From the IMG/VR virus record IMGVR_UViG_3300032257_000380, positions 1-26,563 of that record: a DNA stretch of 26,563 nt; one strand, given 5' to 3'. The notes beneath the pieces are model-generated. The model made no database searches and had not been told where the DNA came from. It worked only from the letters and a program-made list of their open reading frames with translations. This document shows, piece after piece, positions 1-8,659 of this stretch (within the stretch, counting starts at the first letter, position 1; each line of letters begins with the position of its first letter). Position numbers and translations under genes: made by a program. The stretch is from a virus. Taxonomy: Duplodnaviria; Caudoviricetes.

Positions 1-1723
1 TTTCCTCGGCATATTGCAGCTCGATCAGGCGGCGCTCGATGCGGCGGCGCTCAGCCTGAGTGTCTGCGAGATCCTGCTGGCCTTGGAGCAGCTCGGCCTC
101 GGCGCTGCCGATGTCGGCATTGAATTCGAGTGCCCTGCGGCGGTTTTCCTCATCGATGCGGAATTGGCGCTCAGCAGCGGTGCGGCGCACCAGCTCGGCG
201 CGCAGCTCGGCTCTGGTTTCATTGATCGCCCTGAGCTGATCGGCTTCCTCTTGAGTGAGCCGCTCTGCGCTCACCTGGGCATCGAGCTGATCATTATATC
301 GGCGGCGCGATAGCTCGATGGCATCCAGCTCGATCTCATCCAATTCCTCGGCATTGGTGATCAGCTTTTGCCTGGCATCCAGCTCACCCTGCTGGGCCTG
401 CTCAAGCGCGCGCTCGAATGCCTCGCGCCGGTTGACCTCGCGCACCCGCTCGCGCTCGGCTCGATCCGCTGCGATCTGCTCAGGCGATCTGCGCGAGCTG
501 CTGCTGCTGCGAGTGCGGCGGCGCGATGCGCGCTCAGATTCGCGCTGGCGCTCGATCTCGGCATCCCTGGCGCGGTTGATCTGCTCGACCTCGCGCTCAA
601 GTGCCTGGCCGACCTGGCCGCTGGCCACCGCTGCGCGGCGTGCTCGCTCGATCTGAGCATCATATCGCTCATTGATCCGATCTTGGGCGGTGCGAGCGGC
701 GCGCTCGACATCCACAAAGGATTGAGCCTGCACCTTTTGCGCCTCAGCAGTGGCTAGGGCGGCCTCAGCCTCAGCGACCCTGGCCTCAGCGCGATCCACT
801 GCCGCCTGCCGCCTGCCCAGGCCCAGAGCGGCGATTTCACTGCTCTGGCCTGGGCCGGTGACGCGCTCGACCTGAAAGCGCAGCAGATCTCGCTGATCCT
901 GCAGGGCAGCCAAGCTCGCGCGGCGGATCTCGATGGCCTTCACTCTCTGAGCCTCGGCATTTTGGAGCGCGGCCTGTGCGGCGCTGCGATCAGCCTCGGC
1001 CAGATTGTCGAGGGCCTCTTGGTTTTCGATGAGCGCCTGGCGCACACCCTCAAGGGTATCGGCAAAGATCTCTTGAGCCTCAGATGCTCGATCCGATTCC
1101 GCAGCCTGCTTTTTCAGGCTTTCCACCAGATCATCGACCGATTCCTCAGTGTCGCGATTGGCAAAGATCAGGCCGCCGAGAATGGTGGTGGCGGCGAGCA
1201 CCGCAGCGCCCCAAGGGCCGACCAGAAAGCCAGCCACTCGACCGAGCGCACCTCGGCTGCCCTCAAGCGCCATCGCGAGCTGCCCACCCTGCTGAGCCAG
1301 GATGATGAATGGTGAGGTGCCCACTGCAAGGCCCTGGCCGATGTCCGAGATCTGGAAACCGAGCAAGCGAGATTGCTGGGCGAGTTGTTTTGTCGAGAGC
1401 GCACCGGCATTGGCCGAGGCAGCCGCATTGCGATAGGCGGTGGCCGCCTGATCAGCGATGCCCTTGGCCTTGATCATTTCCGCATTGAACTGGCGCTGAG
1501 AGATCCTGCCAGCATCGAGCAGCACCTTGAGGCGGCTTGTCCTGGTCGAATATCGCTCTTGCGCTGCGGCAAGTGTCTGGATGGCCTGCTCAGCCTCTTG
1601 AGCGGCCTTTTCGATCTTGTCCATTTCGCCGCCGAATTGCTGCGCGGATTGCTTTACCTTGCGATCCAGCTTGGCGGTGTCTGCAGTCAGCTCGACTGCC
1701 ACTTGTTCTGCGGTAGTAACCAT
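1..1723 (-). CDS. Tail tape measure protein, N-terminal part (runs off the left edge of the window)
   Basis: Not in the ORF track because no stop codon falls in the window. Manual translation from the ATG at 1723 gives MVTTAEQVAVELTADTAKLDRKVKQ...LGFQISDIGQGLAVGTSPFIILAQQGGQL, a lambda-family tape measure N-terminal motif. The sequence is Ala/Glu/Arg-rich and lies directly after the tail chaperone. Confidence 0.9.
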   Translation of the reverse strand, partial: MVTTAEQVAVELTADTAKLDRKVKQSAQQFGGEMDKIEKAAQEAEQAIQTLAAAQERYSTRTSRLKVLLDAGRISQRQFNAEMIKAKGIADQAATAYRNAAASANAGALSTKQLAQQSRLLGFQISDIGQGLAVGTSPFIILAQQGGQLAMALEGSRGALGRVAGFLVGPWGAAVLAATTILGGLIFANRDTEESVDDLVESLKKQAAESDRASEAQEIFADTLEGVRQALIENQEALDNLAEADRSAAQAALQNAEAQRVKAIEIRRASLAALQDQRDLLRFQVERVTGPGQSSEIAALGLGRRQAAVDRAEARVAEAEAALATAEAQKVQAQSFVDVERAARTAQDRINERYDAQIERARRAAVASGQVGQALEREVEQINRARDAEIERQRESERASRRRTRSSSSSRRSPEQIAADRAERERVREVNRREAFERALEQAQQGELDARQKLITNAEELDEIELDAIELSRRRYNDQLDAQVSAERLTQEEADQLRAINETRAELRAELVRRTAAERQFRIDEENRRRALEFNADIGSAEAELLQGQQDLADTQAERRRIERRLIELQYAEE

Positions 1724-1727
1724 GAGC

Positions 1728-1765
1728 GCAATCTATGCTGAGATCGCGGATCGGGATAGGTTCGC
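1728..1765 (-). promoter_or_regulatory. Repeated promoter-like element GCGAACCTA-N21-TAGATTGC, upstream of the tape measure gene
   Basis: Exact 9-mer and the same 21-nt spacing as the copies at 2962, 5093 and 18825. The ATG lies 6 nt after TAGATT. Confidence 0.75.
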
Positions 1766-1768
1766 GCC

Positions 1769-2023
1769 CTATTTCAGCATTTCGGGATTGGCCAGCAGAT
1801 GCTCGATGCGCTTTTCCATATCATCGACATCGATCTTGGGCAGATCGCCATCGGGATCATGCGCCTTATTCCAGCCATGCATCAGAGCGCCATATTCCCA
1901 GAATGAGAGCTTGGCGCATTCGCTCGGTGAGATCCCCATGATGGCGCAATTGGTGAGCGCCTGGGCATAGTCTAGCTCGCCGGTGTCTCTTGCGTTTCGC
2001 TGGCCGCCGCCTCGCCGTTTCCC
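1769..2023 (-). CDS. Tail assembly chaperone C-terminal extension (gpT-like), reached by -1 frameshift
   Basis: The -1 frame is open from the slippery site to a TAG at 1769-1771: ...GELDYAQALTNCAIMGISPSECAKLSFWEYGALMHGWNKAHDPDGDLPKIDVDDMEKRIEHLLANPEMLK*. Confidence 0.8.
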   Translation of the reverse strand, partial: GKRRGGGQRNARDTGELDYAQALTNCAIMGISPSECAKLSFWEYGALMHGWNKAHDPDGDLPKIDVDDMEKRIEHLLANPEMLK

Positions 2024-2415
2024 TCATCCCCTGGCGGATCATAGCCGACAATCACCGCGCTCAGGATCACCACTGCAAATTCCCATGCCTCGACCAGAGG
2101 GCGATTCTGCAGATAGTTGGCCACCAGGCGGCGAGCATCCCCTGGCGACACCTTCACAGGCTGCTCATCCACTGTGCCCTGAGCGCCGCCGATGAGGCCC
2201 TGGCGCACAGTTTCGAGCAGATCCAGGGCATAGAATTCAGCCAAGGCAGGTGAGAGCACCAGATCGCCACCCTGGCGCGATGCGCCTTTCAGTGTGCGAG
2301 CATAGAGCTGGCCGATGCCGCAGCCGCATTTGCGCTGCAGCTCATCGATCTGGGCGAGGGGAAGGGCAAAGCGATATTCGCCATCAGCGAAATCGAGATC
2401 AATGAAATTGGCCAT
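1972..2415 (-). CDS. Tail assembly chaperone (gpG-like / GTA gp10-like)
   Basis: 147 aa, between the tail tube and tape measure genes. Motifs FADGEYRFAL...ELQRKC and ETVRQGLIGG resemble GTA-gp10-family chaperones. A slippery heptamer lies near the 3' end. Confidence 0.8.
   Translation of the reverse strand: MANFIDLDFADGEYRFALPLAQIDELQRKCGCGIGQLYARTLKGASRQGGDLVLSPALAEFYALDLLETVRQGLIGGAQGTVDEQPVKVSPGDARRLVANYLQNRPLVEAWEFAVVILSAVIVGYDPPGDEGNGEAAASETQETPAS
2017..2023 (-). other. -1 programmed ribosomal frameshift site G GGA AAC
   Basis: In-frame X XXY YYZ heptamer (GAG GGA AAC) near the end of the chaperone gene, with an open -1 frame downstream. Analogous to lambda G-T GGGAAAG. Confidence 0.8.
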
Positions 2416-2421
2416 GCGCTC

Positions 2422-2451
2422 GCATTAGCAAACGCATGGCCAAATGTGCAA
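2422..2451 (-). promoter_or_regulatory. Sigma70-like promoter TTGCAC-N18-TAATGC, probably giving a leaderless chaperone mRNA
   Basis: Intergenic. The ATG is 6 nt after the -10 and there is no SD. It shares TTGCACATTT with the small terminase promoter. Confidence 0.5.
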
Positions 2452-2474
2452 GCCTTGGGAGAGGCTCAGGCTGA

Positions 2475-2930
2475 TTAGGATCCAGCGGTGGGCGTGAATG
2501 TCCACTGGCCATCAGATTCGATCTGGATCGAGATCTGGGCATAGTTATCATCATTGCCATCGATGGTGATATTGGTGAGGATCGCAGCGCCGCCATAATA
2601 GCCGCGATAGACCTCATCATCTGCTGGCTCAGTCCAATAGAAGCGCCAATTGCGCGTGATGCCCTTGGCGGCCTCGATATCATCGATATTGGCGCGATTG
2701 AGCTGGCCTGAGCCACTCAAGCTCCACTGCTCGCCAGTGACAATCAGGCGGCGGATCGGCACATCCTCAGCATCCGCGCAGTCGCGCGTGAACTGATCCG
2801 AGGTATTAGCCTGATAGGTGAGCTGGCGCGTGATGATCCCGCACAGCGGATTGAATGTCTCAGTCGGCGTGGCACCATCGCCCAAGGCGAGGATGAAATA
2901 GGTGCCGCGAATGATATCTGGCTGCGCCAT
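2475..2930 (-). CDS. Major tail tube protein (GTA gp9/TP901-1-like)
   Basis: 151 aa. Motifs LALGDGATPTETFNPLCGI, WSLSGSG and ISIQIESDG. GGAG SD upstream. Position in the tail module. Confidence 0.85.
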   Translation of the reverse strand: MAQPDIIRGTYFILALGDGATPTETFNPLCGIITRQLTYQANTSDQFTRDCADAEDVPIRRLIVTGEQWSLSGSGQLNRANIDDIEAAKGITRNWRFYWTEPADDEVYRGYYGGAAILTNITIDGNDDNYAQISIQIESDGQWTFTPTAGS

Positions 2931-2961
2931 TCTCTGATCTCCAAAGCATGAATTTCAGCAG

Positions 2962-2999
2962 GCAATATATCCGCAGAGCGGCGGATCTCATAGGTTCGC
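2962..2999 (-). promoter_or_regulatory. Repeated promoter-like element GCGAACCTA-N21-TATATTGC, upstream of the tail tube gene
   Basis: Exact 9-mer and 21-nt spacer. This copy is followed by a leader carrying a GGAG SD. Confidence 0.75.
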
Positions 3000-3412
3000 T
3001 ATGCGAGTGTGCAATCCTTGGGCACCCGCACCTCAATACTGATAATGCCATGCCACCATGATCTCTCAGCGCCATCTCTTAAAATGCGGCTTGAATTGAC
3101 ATCGACATTAGCGCGAGAGCCATCCTCAAGAGTGAGCACCGCGCCATCTAAGGCTTCCTCAGCCAGCTCGCACAATTGGTTAATCTCATCGCTGAAATCG
3201 GCTTTCGAGTGCAGATGCACATTGCAATTGATGATGTGAATTGGATCTTGGCCGCTCTCAAATTCGTCCAATCGCAGATATGGCCATTGGACATTTGAGG
3301 CCGCTTTCTCACCAAATATGCGAGCGGCAGGCAGCACCGCGATCAGCGGCGCATCAGCTTTCAGGAATGTGACCAGGGCGCGCCTGGTTGCCAATTTCGG
3401 TGCTGCGCTCAT
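2999..3412 (-). CDS. Tail terminator/completion protein (DUF3168-like)
   Basis: 137 aa. Motifs ALVTFLKADAPL, WPYLRL and WHGII. Lies immediately upstream of the tail tube gene. Confidence 0.8.
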   Translation of the reverse strand: MSAAPKLATRRALVTFLKADAPLIAVLPAARIFGEKAASNVQWPYLRLDEFESGQDPIHIINCNVHLHSKADFSDEINQLCELAEEALDGAVLTLEDGSRANVDVNSSRILRDGAERSWWHGIISIEVRVPKDCTLA

Positions 3413-3417
3413 TGTCG

Positions 3418-3753
3418 TTACTCGGTGTCAGATTCACCGGCATCGAGATCGCCGGTGCCACCATCACCAGCCAGATCCTCTCGATCCACATCATCAGATT
3501 TTTGCGGCTCGGCCTCATCGCCCTCAGGCTTAGCAGATGATGCGGCAGGCTTGCGATAGCTGCGCCGCTTTGCCGCCGCCTTTTTCACAGGCTCGACCGG
3601 CTGAGCAGCGCCAGCCTCGATGGCCGCATCAGCGATGGTGCGATCCACCTCGATCACACCGAGAGTTTTGATGCAGCTCACCGCGCGATTTGGATGCTCA
3701 TAGTCGAATGGCACATGGATCATGCGGATTGTGCGTTTTGTCGGATCGGGCAT
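3418..3753 (-). CDS. Hypothetical protein with basic and acidic low-complexity C-terminus
   Basis: 111 aa, AGGAG SD upstream, fills the gap between connector genes. Confidence 0.65.
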   Translation of the reverse strand: MPDPTKRTIRMIHVPFDYEHPNRAVSCIKTLGVIEVDRTIADAAIEAGAAQPVEPVKKAAAKRRSYRKPAASSAKPEGDEAEPQKSDDVDREDLAGDGGTGDLDAGESDTE

Positions 3754-3754
3754 G

Positions 3755-4294
3755 TCAATTACTCCTGATTGCTTGCTTTACAGCATCGGCCACCAATTCT
3801 CGCACCACCTTTTTATTTTTTCGAGCAGCAGGCCCTAAATATGGGCGAGCCGGAATGGTTATAGAGTGCGGTTTTGTCCTTGGCAGCTCTCGACCATATC
3901 TTGAGGCATATCTGGCTGCAGTTTCGTTATTCACGAAAACCGCCAACCCTCCCTCTTTTACAAAATATGCAGTGCCGCCTGGATGTTGAATCGTTCCGCC
4001 AAATTCATGAATTGCCGCATAGGGCGCATTGGCCGAGATCCGCACCCTGAGTGGCGCTGGCTGAGTGACAATGATGCTGCGCCGCAGAGTGCCGGTGTCC
4101 TCATTCGGTGGCTGGCCAGGCGCGCTGGGCTTGTGGGATTTTCCAGACACCGCGCCGGTGGTGATGCTCACTTGCGCATCAGTTTTTATGATATCGCCAG
4201 CAGCGAAGAGGGCCGCGCCGACCTGGCGCACAGCCTTTTCGGGGATTGAGCGGATATTGATCTGGGCCGCCTTTTTACCCTTGATTTTCGCCAT
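3755..4294 (-). CDS. HK97 gp10-like / virion morphogenesis neck protein
   Basis: Start at MAKIKG (TGATG overlap). Motifs SAPGQPPNEDTGTLRRSI, APYAAIHEFGG and PARPYLGPA. Confidence 0.85.
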   Translation of the reverse strand: MAKIKGKKAAQINIRSIPEKAVRQVGAALFAAGDIIKTDAQVSITTGAVSGKSHKPSAPGQPPNEDTGTLRRSIIVTQPAPLRVRISANAPYAAIHEFGGTIQHPGGTAYFVKEGGLAVFVNNETAARYASRYGRELPRTKPHSITIPARPYLGPAARKNKKVVRELVADAVKQAIRSN

Positions 4295-4662
4295 CAGCTC
4301 GCATCCTGATCCGATTTCATGCCCATCAACAGCCAATAGGCACCTGCGGGATCCACCTCGATCATCGCAATTTTCCATCGGCGGCCATCGATATCAATCT
4401 CATCATCGGTGGTGGGATCTGCGAGCTGCACACCATCGACCACCTGCAGCATATAGATCTGCTGGAATGTCTCGGTGTTGCCCTCATAGAGCCGCTCGGT
4501 GGTTTTATCGAGCTGGGCCTTGCAGGCAGTCTCGCTGGGCGCGACAGATCCGCCGCCTTGGCCATCATGAGTGATGGTGCGCCGAATCAGCAGCGCATCG
4601 CGATAGAATGTGCCCATGATGGTGCCAAAGGTACTGGCCACATCGCCATCGAGCAGACCCAT
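4294..4662 (-). CDS. Head closure / head-tail joining protein
   Basis: Start at MGLLDGDVASTF (TGATG overlap). C-terminal PTTDDEIDIDGRRWKI..VDPAGAYW is typical of head-closure proteins. Position in the connector module. Confidence 0.7.
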   Translation of the reverse strand: MGLLDGDVASTFGTIMGTFYRDALLIRRTITHDGQGGGSVAPSETACKAQLDKTTERLYEGNTETFQQIYMLQVVDGVQLADPTTDDEIDIDGRRWKIAMIEVDPAGAYWLLMGMKSDQDAS

Positions 4663-5087
4663 CAGATGAGGCCCTGATAGAGAGAGGTGCTGGGAATGGT
4701 GCCGCTCGGTGTGACCCTGGCACCAGCCTTGTTCTGCTTGAGCAGTTGCAGCCATCGCTGGCCATAGTTGGTGCTCTCGAATGAGCCAGCAGCAGAGCCA
4801 GAGCTGGCATCATCCTTGGTGAATGAGAAATTGCCGCTCTTTACCGATTTCATGCCAGCCAGGCCGCCACCGGCGATCTCAGCCTCAGCGCCGGTGCCGA
4901 ACCCCTCAAGGGTGAGATAGTGTGCGGCCAGGAGCATTTCGCCCATCTGCCGATCATCCTCGGCCCAGCTATCATCGACCGAGCGGCGAGCCTGAGTGAG
5001 CCAGGTTTCCACAGTCGCATCAGCGACCGCAGCGAACTTTGCGAAAGTGGCCTTGAGGGTGGCCGCATCAGCTTGAGTGTATGCCAT
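4662..5087 (-). CDS. Head-tail adaptor (DUF4054-like)
   Basis: Start at MAYTQ. Motifs LLAAHYLTL, SVKSGNFS and STNYGQRWLQL. Confidence 0.85.
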   Translation of the reverse strand: MAYTQADAATLKATFAKFAAVADATVETWLTQARRSVDDSWAEDDRQMGEMLLAAHYLTLEGFGTGAEAEIAGGGLAGMKSVKSGNFSFTKDDASSGSAAGSFESTNYGQRWLQLLKQNKAGARVTPSGTIPSTSLYQGLI

Positions 5088-5092
5088 GCCGC

Positions 5093-5130
5093 GCAATTTA
5101 CGCGCGATTCCCCTGGCGCGCTAGGTTCGC
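5093..5130 (-). promoter_or_regulatory. Repeated promoter-like element GCGAACCTA-N21-TAAATTGC, upstream of the head-tail adaptor
   Basis: Exact 9-mer and 21-nt spacer. The ATG is 7 nt after TAAATT and there is no SD. Confidence 0.75.
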
Positions 5131-5132
5131 TG

Positions 5133-6038
5133 CTATGCGCCGCAGATCACCGGATCCTGGCAGCCATACATCCTCGCGATCAGCTTGGCGTGATCGAGGC
5201 AGTCGGCCACCTCGCTGAGCTTGCCATTCCAAGCGCGCGCAGATCTCGGCAGAGCGATCACATGATCAAAAGGCCCATGCCCGATCTGCTCTTTCACATC
5301 ATCCCAGAGGTGTTTTTTCTCGCCCAGGATCAGGCACCGGCTCGGCCCATCAAGGCGATAGTGCTCGCCCACCCAGGGATCGGCGGTGGCATTCCAGGGA
5401 TTGATATGGCCAGGGAAAAACATGAGCGCGCCGCCCTTGTCTCTGCCCCAGCGCGTCACACCATCCTCGATGCCCCAGGTGGCCTCGCCCTGGCCGAGCG
5501 AATAGGCAAGCCAGGCTTGATCGCTGCCGACATATTGGCGGCTTGCGACCTCGGCCTTTTCCGGCGTGAATTCCTCATAGACATTGGGCCGAGCGCCAGC
5601 ATCCATCAGCAGCATCGAGCCATTATAGACAAACCGGCTGCCCACCTGGCTCGGCCCATTGAGCACCAGATCCTCATCGCGATCCCAGAGGTGATCGATA
5701 TTGCTCGCGATCACGCAATCCAGATCCATGCTCACAAAGCGATCAGCGCCAAAGAGCTGCTCTGCCTCAGGCGAAAACATGATCAGGCGGCGATAGCAGC
5801 TCGGCCTGCCACCCTTCCACCGAGAGGTTTTCAAGCCATCATAGAACCCTGGCGGCTCGATGATCCTGATGCTCGGATCGATGCCCTCAGGCATGTCAGT
5901 GACACAGGCCAGCTCGATCTCAAGAGTGCAGTGGCGGCGCACCATCTGCGCCCAGATGTTGACATGCTCAGCCTTGAATAGCGCGCGGCCCTCAGGCTGA
6001 TGCCAGAGCCAAGATAAAACCAAAAGCCGATCACTCAC
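5133..6038 (-). CDS. GT-A fold glycosyltransferase (GT8-like) with a C-terminal extension
   Basis: GTG start with a GTGA overlap. Motifs ACVTD, the DxD motif FVSMDLDCVI, YNGSMLL, GSDQAWL and FFPG..NPW. Confidence 0.8.
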   Translation of the reverse strand: MSDRLLVLSWLWHQPEGRALFKAEHVNIWAQMVRRHCTLEIELACVTDMPEGIDPSIRIIEPPGFYDGLKTSRWKGGRPSCYRRLIMFSPEAEQLFGADRFVSMDLDCVIASNIDHLWDRDEDLVLNGPSQVGSRFVYNGSMLLMDAGARPNVYEEFTPEKAEVASRQYVGSDQAWLAYSLGQGEATWGIEDGVTRWGRDKGGALMFFPGHINPWNATADPWVGEHYRLDGPSRCLILGEKKHLWDDVKEQIGHGPFDHVIALPRSARAWNGKLSEVADCLDHAKLIARMYGCQDPVICGA

Positions 6039-6574
6039 CTCACATGCCTCCAAGTTTTCCCCATGCAGACCTTGCCGACTGAGCTGCGGCTTGCACCTAG
6101 ATGATTGGCTATCCAGCCATGAGAACGGCCCTGCTTATAGAGCCTGCGGATATAGCTCACATCATCCTCGCAGAATTTTGCCCTTCCATGCCTTTCGCCC
6201 ATCGGTGGATTGTGCTCACCGAGCCTGATGCGATCATTGATGTTTTCCTGCCGAGTGCCCCAAGCAAGATTGCCAATCTTGTTATTCGCTGGATTGCCAT
6301 CGAGGTGCCGCGCTTCCATCTCAGCCAAGCAAGGGCCTGAAAAAGCATAGAGCACCAGCCGATGAATGAAGTGCTGGCCACCCCTGCCGAGAGACACCAG
6401 CAAATGACCATCTGCCTTTTGGATCGGCTTGAGGATGCGGCCAGCTATCGGCCTATCGTATGATCTGCCACTGCACTGCACTGTGATTATCCTCGCGAGG
6501 CTTCTCACTCGGCCATGATCAGAAACATCGTATTCGCCCCGATAACCTGGGATTGGCCGCCAATTCTCACCCAT
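6035..6574 (-). CDS. NUMOD4-HNH homing endonuclease with C-terminal HTH
   Basis: NUMOD4 motif WRPIPGYRGEYDVSDHGRVRS and HNH motif IHRLV...RHLDGNPANNKIGNLAWGTRQEN. Confidence 0.92.
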   Translation of the reverse strand: MGENWRPIPGYRGEYDVSDHGRVRSLARIITVQCSGRSYDRPIAGRILKPIQKADGHLLVSLGRGGQHFIHRLVLYAFSGPCLAEMEARHLDGNPANNKIGNLAWGTRQENINDRIRLGEHNPPMGERHGRAKFCEDDVSYIRRLYKQGRSHGWIANHLGASRSSVGKVCMGKTWRHVR

Positions 6575-7311
6575 CACACCACCCTCTGCCATTCAAAATC
6601 GAGCACCTTGCGAGCCTCAGGATCTCGCGCGATCTCATCCATGATCTTTTTCCGCAGCACCGGATCTCTGCCCTCTTTCCTGGGCAGGGTGGTGGTCGAT
6701 GCATCAGGCACAATATCGCGCCAGAATCGCACCAGGGCGAGATCCAGGTGCATTTCCATGCCGATCTCGAAAGCGCGCTGGCGGAATAGGCGATCAGTGC
6801 CATAGATGCCGGTGGCGCGCTCATCATATCCGCCGATCTGCCAATAGAGATCTCTGGTGAGCACAAAGCTATTGGGATGAGGCTTGATCACACCATTCGG
6901 TGCCTTGGTCGGCTCTCTGGTGTCGGCCTCGATCCGGTCGAGCATATAGCAGCCGCGCTGATCGAGCCTTTCCTGCACCACCATATTGAAAAGATCGGTG
7001 GCAGGCTCAGCCTCAAGCATGTGATCCATATCGGTGAGCAGCAGCCAGCCAGGATCCGCCACATGAGCACCGAGATTGCGAGCACCATGCTGGTGCCAGG
7101 GCCGATCCATCAGCACCTCATAGATCTCGATCTCAGGCAGGCCATAGGGCCGAGGCACATTGGCAGCCGGATCCTGCGGCGAGCCATCATCGACAATGAT
7201 GATCTTGATGCCCTTTCGCACCTTGCTCGGCCAGGTGCGGAAATTGGCATATTGCTCGCGCAGCATCATGGGGTTCTTATAGTATGGGAAAATCAAGCTA
7301 ATCGATATCAT
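6574..7311 (-). CDS. Glycosyltransferase family 2 (GT-A) with a GT7-like C-terminal motif
   Basis: Motifs SLIFPYY, IIIVDDGS, ARNLG, LLTDMDH and IGGYDERATGIYGTD. Confidence 0.9.
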   Translation of the reverse strand: MISISLIFPYYKNPMMLREQYANFRTWPSKVRKGIKIIIVDDGSPQDPAANVPRPYGLPEIEIYEVLMDRPWHQHGARNLGAHVADPGWLLLTDMDHMLEAEPATDLFNMVVQERLDQRGCYMLDRIEADTREPTKAPNGVIKPHPNSFVLTRDLYWQIGGYDERATGIYGTDRLFRQRAFEIGMEMHLDLALVRFWRDIVPDASTTTLPRKEGRDPVLRKKIMDEIARDPEARKVLDFEWQRVV

Positions 7312-7855
7312 GTGACCACCTTCCGCCAGAAGCTATGCGATAAATGTGATTGCGAGTTACGCCATATCTGGCAGCCAAAACCGATCCAGAGACACCCTCA
7401 GCTCTCAATTTCCTAATCTCATCGGCAGCTTGCATTGTGAGTTTTCGATCATCGCGAGATCGGAGATTTTCCGTCATTGAAACCCATCTGCAATTGCTCG
7501 GCTCATAGCCGCCATCGCTATTGACCCGATCAATTGTCAGGGATGAATCATATCCGGTGGCGTGTGCCCACTCTGCGAATTCGGGGAAATCATGCCACTC
7601 AGGGCAGACCGTGATTCCTCTCTCGATGTAATAAGTGATCGCATCTGGATTTGAGCAAGCAAAATGACCGCAGCGCACCATCATTCCTCGCCATATCTGA
7701 TATAGCCTAGTGCGAGACATCCCATGCTTGGTGCTGGCGCATTTTCGGCACCGCCTTGGGATCTCGCGCCGCCAGATTGAAAGCCTCGACCAATTCTTGA
7801 TCGGCTTCAATTCTGCACCGCATTCTGAGCAATTAAGAGGCTGATCCATTCTCAT
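7298..7855 (-). CDS. HNH homing endonuclease with an N-terminal Zn-finger and C-terminal HTH (start may be the ATG at 7849)
   Basis: HGMSRTRLYQIWRGMMVRC...RGITVCPEW...LTIDRVNSDGGYEPSNCRWV. Two CxxC pairs at the N-terminus. More AT-rich than its neighbours. Confidence 0.88.
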   Translation of the reverse strand: MRMDQPLNCSECGAELKPIKNWSRLSIWRREIPRRCRKCASTKHGMSRTRLYQIWRGMMVRCGHFACSNPDAITYYIERGITVCPEWHDFPEFAEWAHATGYDSSLTIDRVNSDGGYEPSNCRWVSMTENLRSRDDRKLTMQAADEIRKLRAEGVSGSVLAARYGVTRNHIYRIASGGRWSHDID

Positions 7856-7889
7856 CCACTAGCATTTAATGCCAGCATGTAAAATGCAG

Positions 7890-8483
7890 TTATGCAGGAT
7901 TCCTATGGTTCACATTGGCCTTGCCCCACCAGCGAGGCGCGCTGCCGACCATTTCGGCCAGCACATCAGGCATGGCCGGATCGGTGATGTCGCATTCCCT
8001 GAATAGCGGATCATCGCTGAAAGTCTCTCTGATCATGTCATAGTGGCGCTTGATGCCATCGATGAAATCCTGATCGCGAGCACCGACACCGGCAGGCAGG
8101 AATGGCAGGTGGCTCTGGATCCAATCTGAGCGCGTGGTGGGCCGCCACCTGGTGATCGATGAGAGCAGGCTGGCAGGTTCCCTGGTATTGAGCAGGAATC
8201 CCACCTCATATTGCTCGCGCAGATCCAGCAGAAAGCGGCGCTCGAATTGCAGGGTGATATCGACCGGCTTGAGGCTGCCAAACCAGACCAGCTCGCAGAT
8301 GGCCTCGATGTGCTCGAAACCGGCCATGAGATCCCGCTTGCGTTTCCAGTTGCGCCACACCGGCTCGCTCATGCCATTGGAATGCACCGAGCGGATCTGC
8401 GCGCTCTTGAGGGCCTTGTGGATCGATTTGCTGCCGCTCTTGGGCAGGCCCACCAGCATGAATTTCAGGGCACCGCGCCCCAT
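7890..8483 (-). CDS. Sulfotransferase-family protein (P-loop, Sulfotransfer_4-like)
   Basis: N-terminal 5'-PSB-like motif LVGLPKSGSKSIHKAL and 3'-PB-like motif FLLNTREPASLLSS. Confidence 0.78.
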   Translation of the reverse strand: MGRGALKFMLVGLPKSGSKSIHKALKSAQIRSVHSNGMSEPVWRNWKRKRDLMAGFEHIEAICELVWFGSLKPVDITLQFERRFLLDLREQYEVGFLLNTREPASLLSSITRWRPTTRSDWIQSHLPFLPAGVGARDQDFIDGIKRHYDMIRETFSDDPLFRECDITDPAMPDVLAEMVGSAPRWWGKANVNHRNPA

Positions 8484-8659
8484 CAGGCTTTCCAGACTTT
8501 CCTTTTTCTGGTGCGGAAATTGAGGCCAGCCATATCGCCTCGGCGCGGTTTGTATTTGTCGCGCTTAGGCTGGTCAGGCGGCTGCCAGCTTGGATCCACA
8601 GGGCGATGCCCACAATCGACATCAGGGCGAGCACCGCATCTATGGCAGGGCAGGCTCAT
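8483..8659 (-). CDS. Small basic Zn-finger-like protein
   Basis: 58 aa from an ATGA-overlap start: MSLPCHRCGARPDVDCGHR (CxxC...CxH). Coupled to both neighbours. Confidence 0.65.
   Translation of the reverse strand: MSLPCHRCGARPDVDCGHRPVDPSWQPPDQPKRDKYKPRRGDMAGLNFRTRKRKVWKA

Noticed and set aside
496-510. (GCT)n trinucleotide repeat
   Set aside because: It encodes a short Ser run in the tape measure linker and is in-frame low complexity.
1972-3412. Gene transfer agent cluster
   Set aside because: The tail genes are GTA-like, but the DUF1073/DUF2213/DUF2184 head, replication genes and HNHs indicate a genuine phage.
6035-7855. HNH genes as group I intron-encoded ORFs splitting one glycosyltransferase
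   Set aside because: The flanking genes each look complete, and the HNH ORFs overlap or closely abut them, leaving no room for an intron core.
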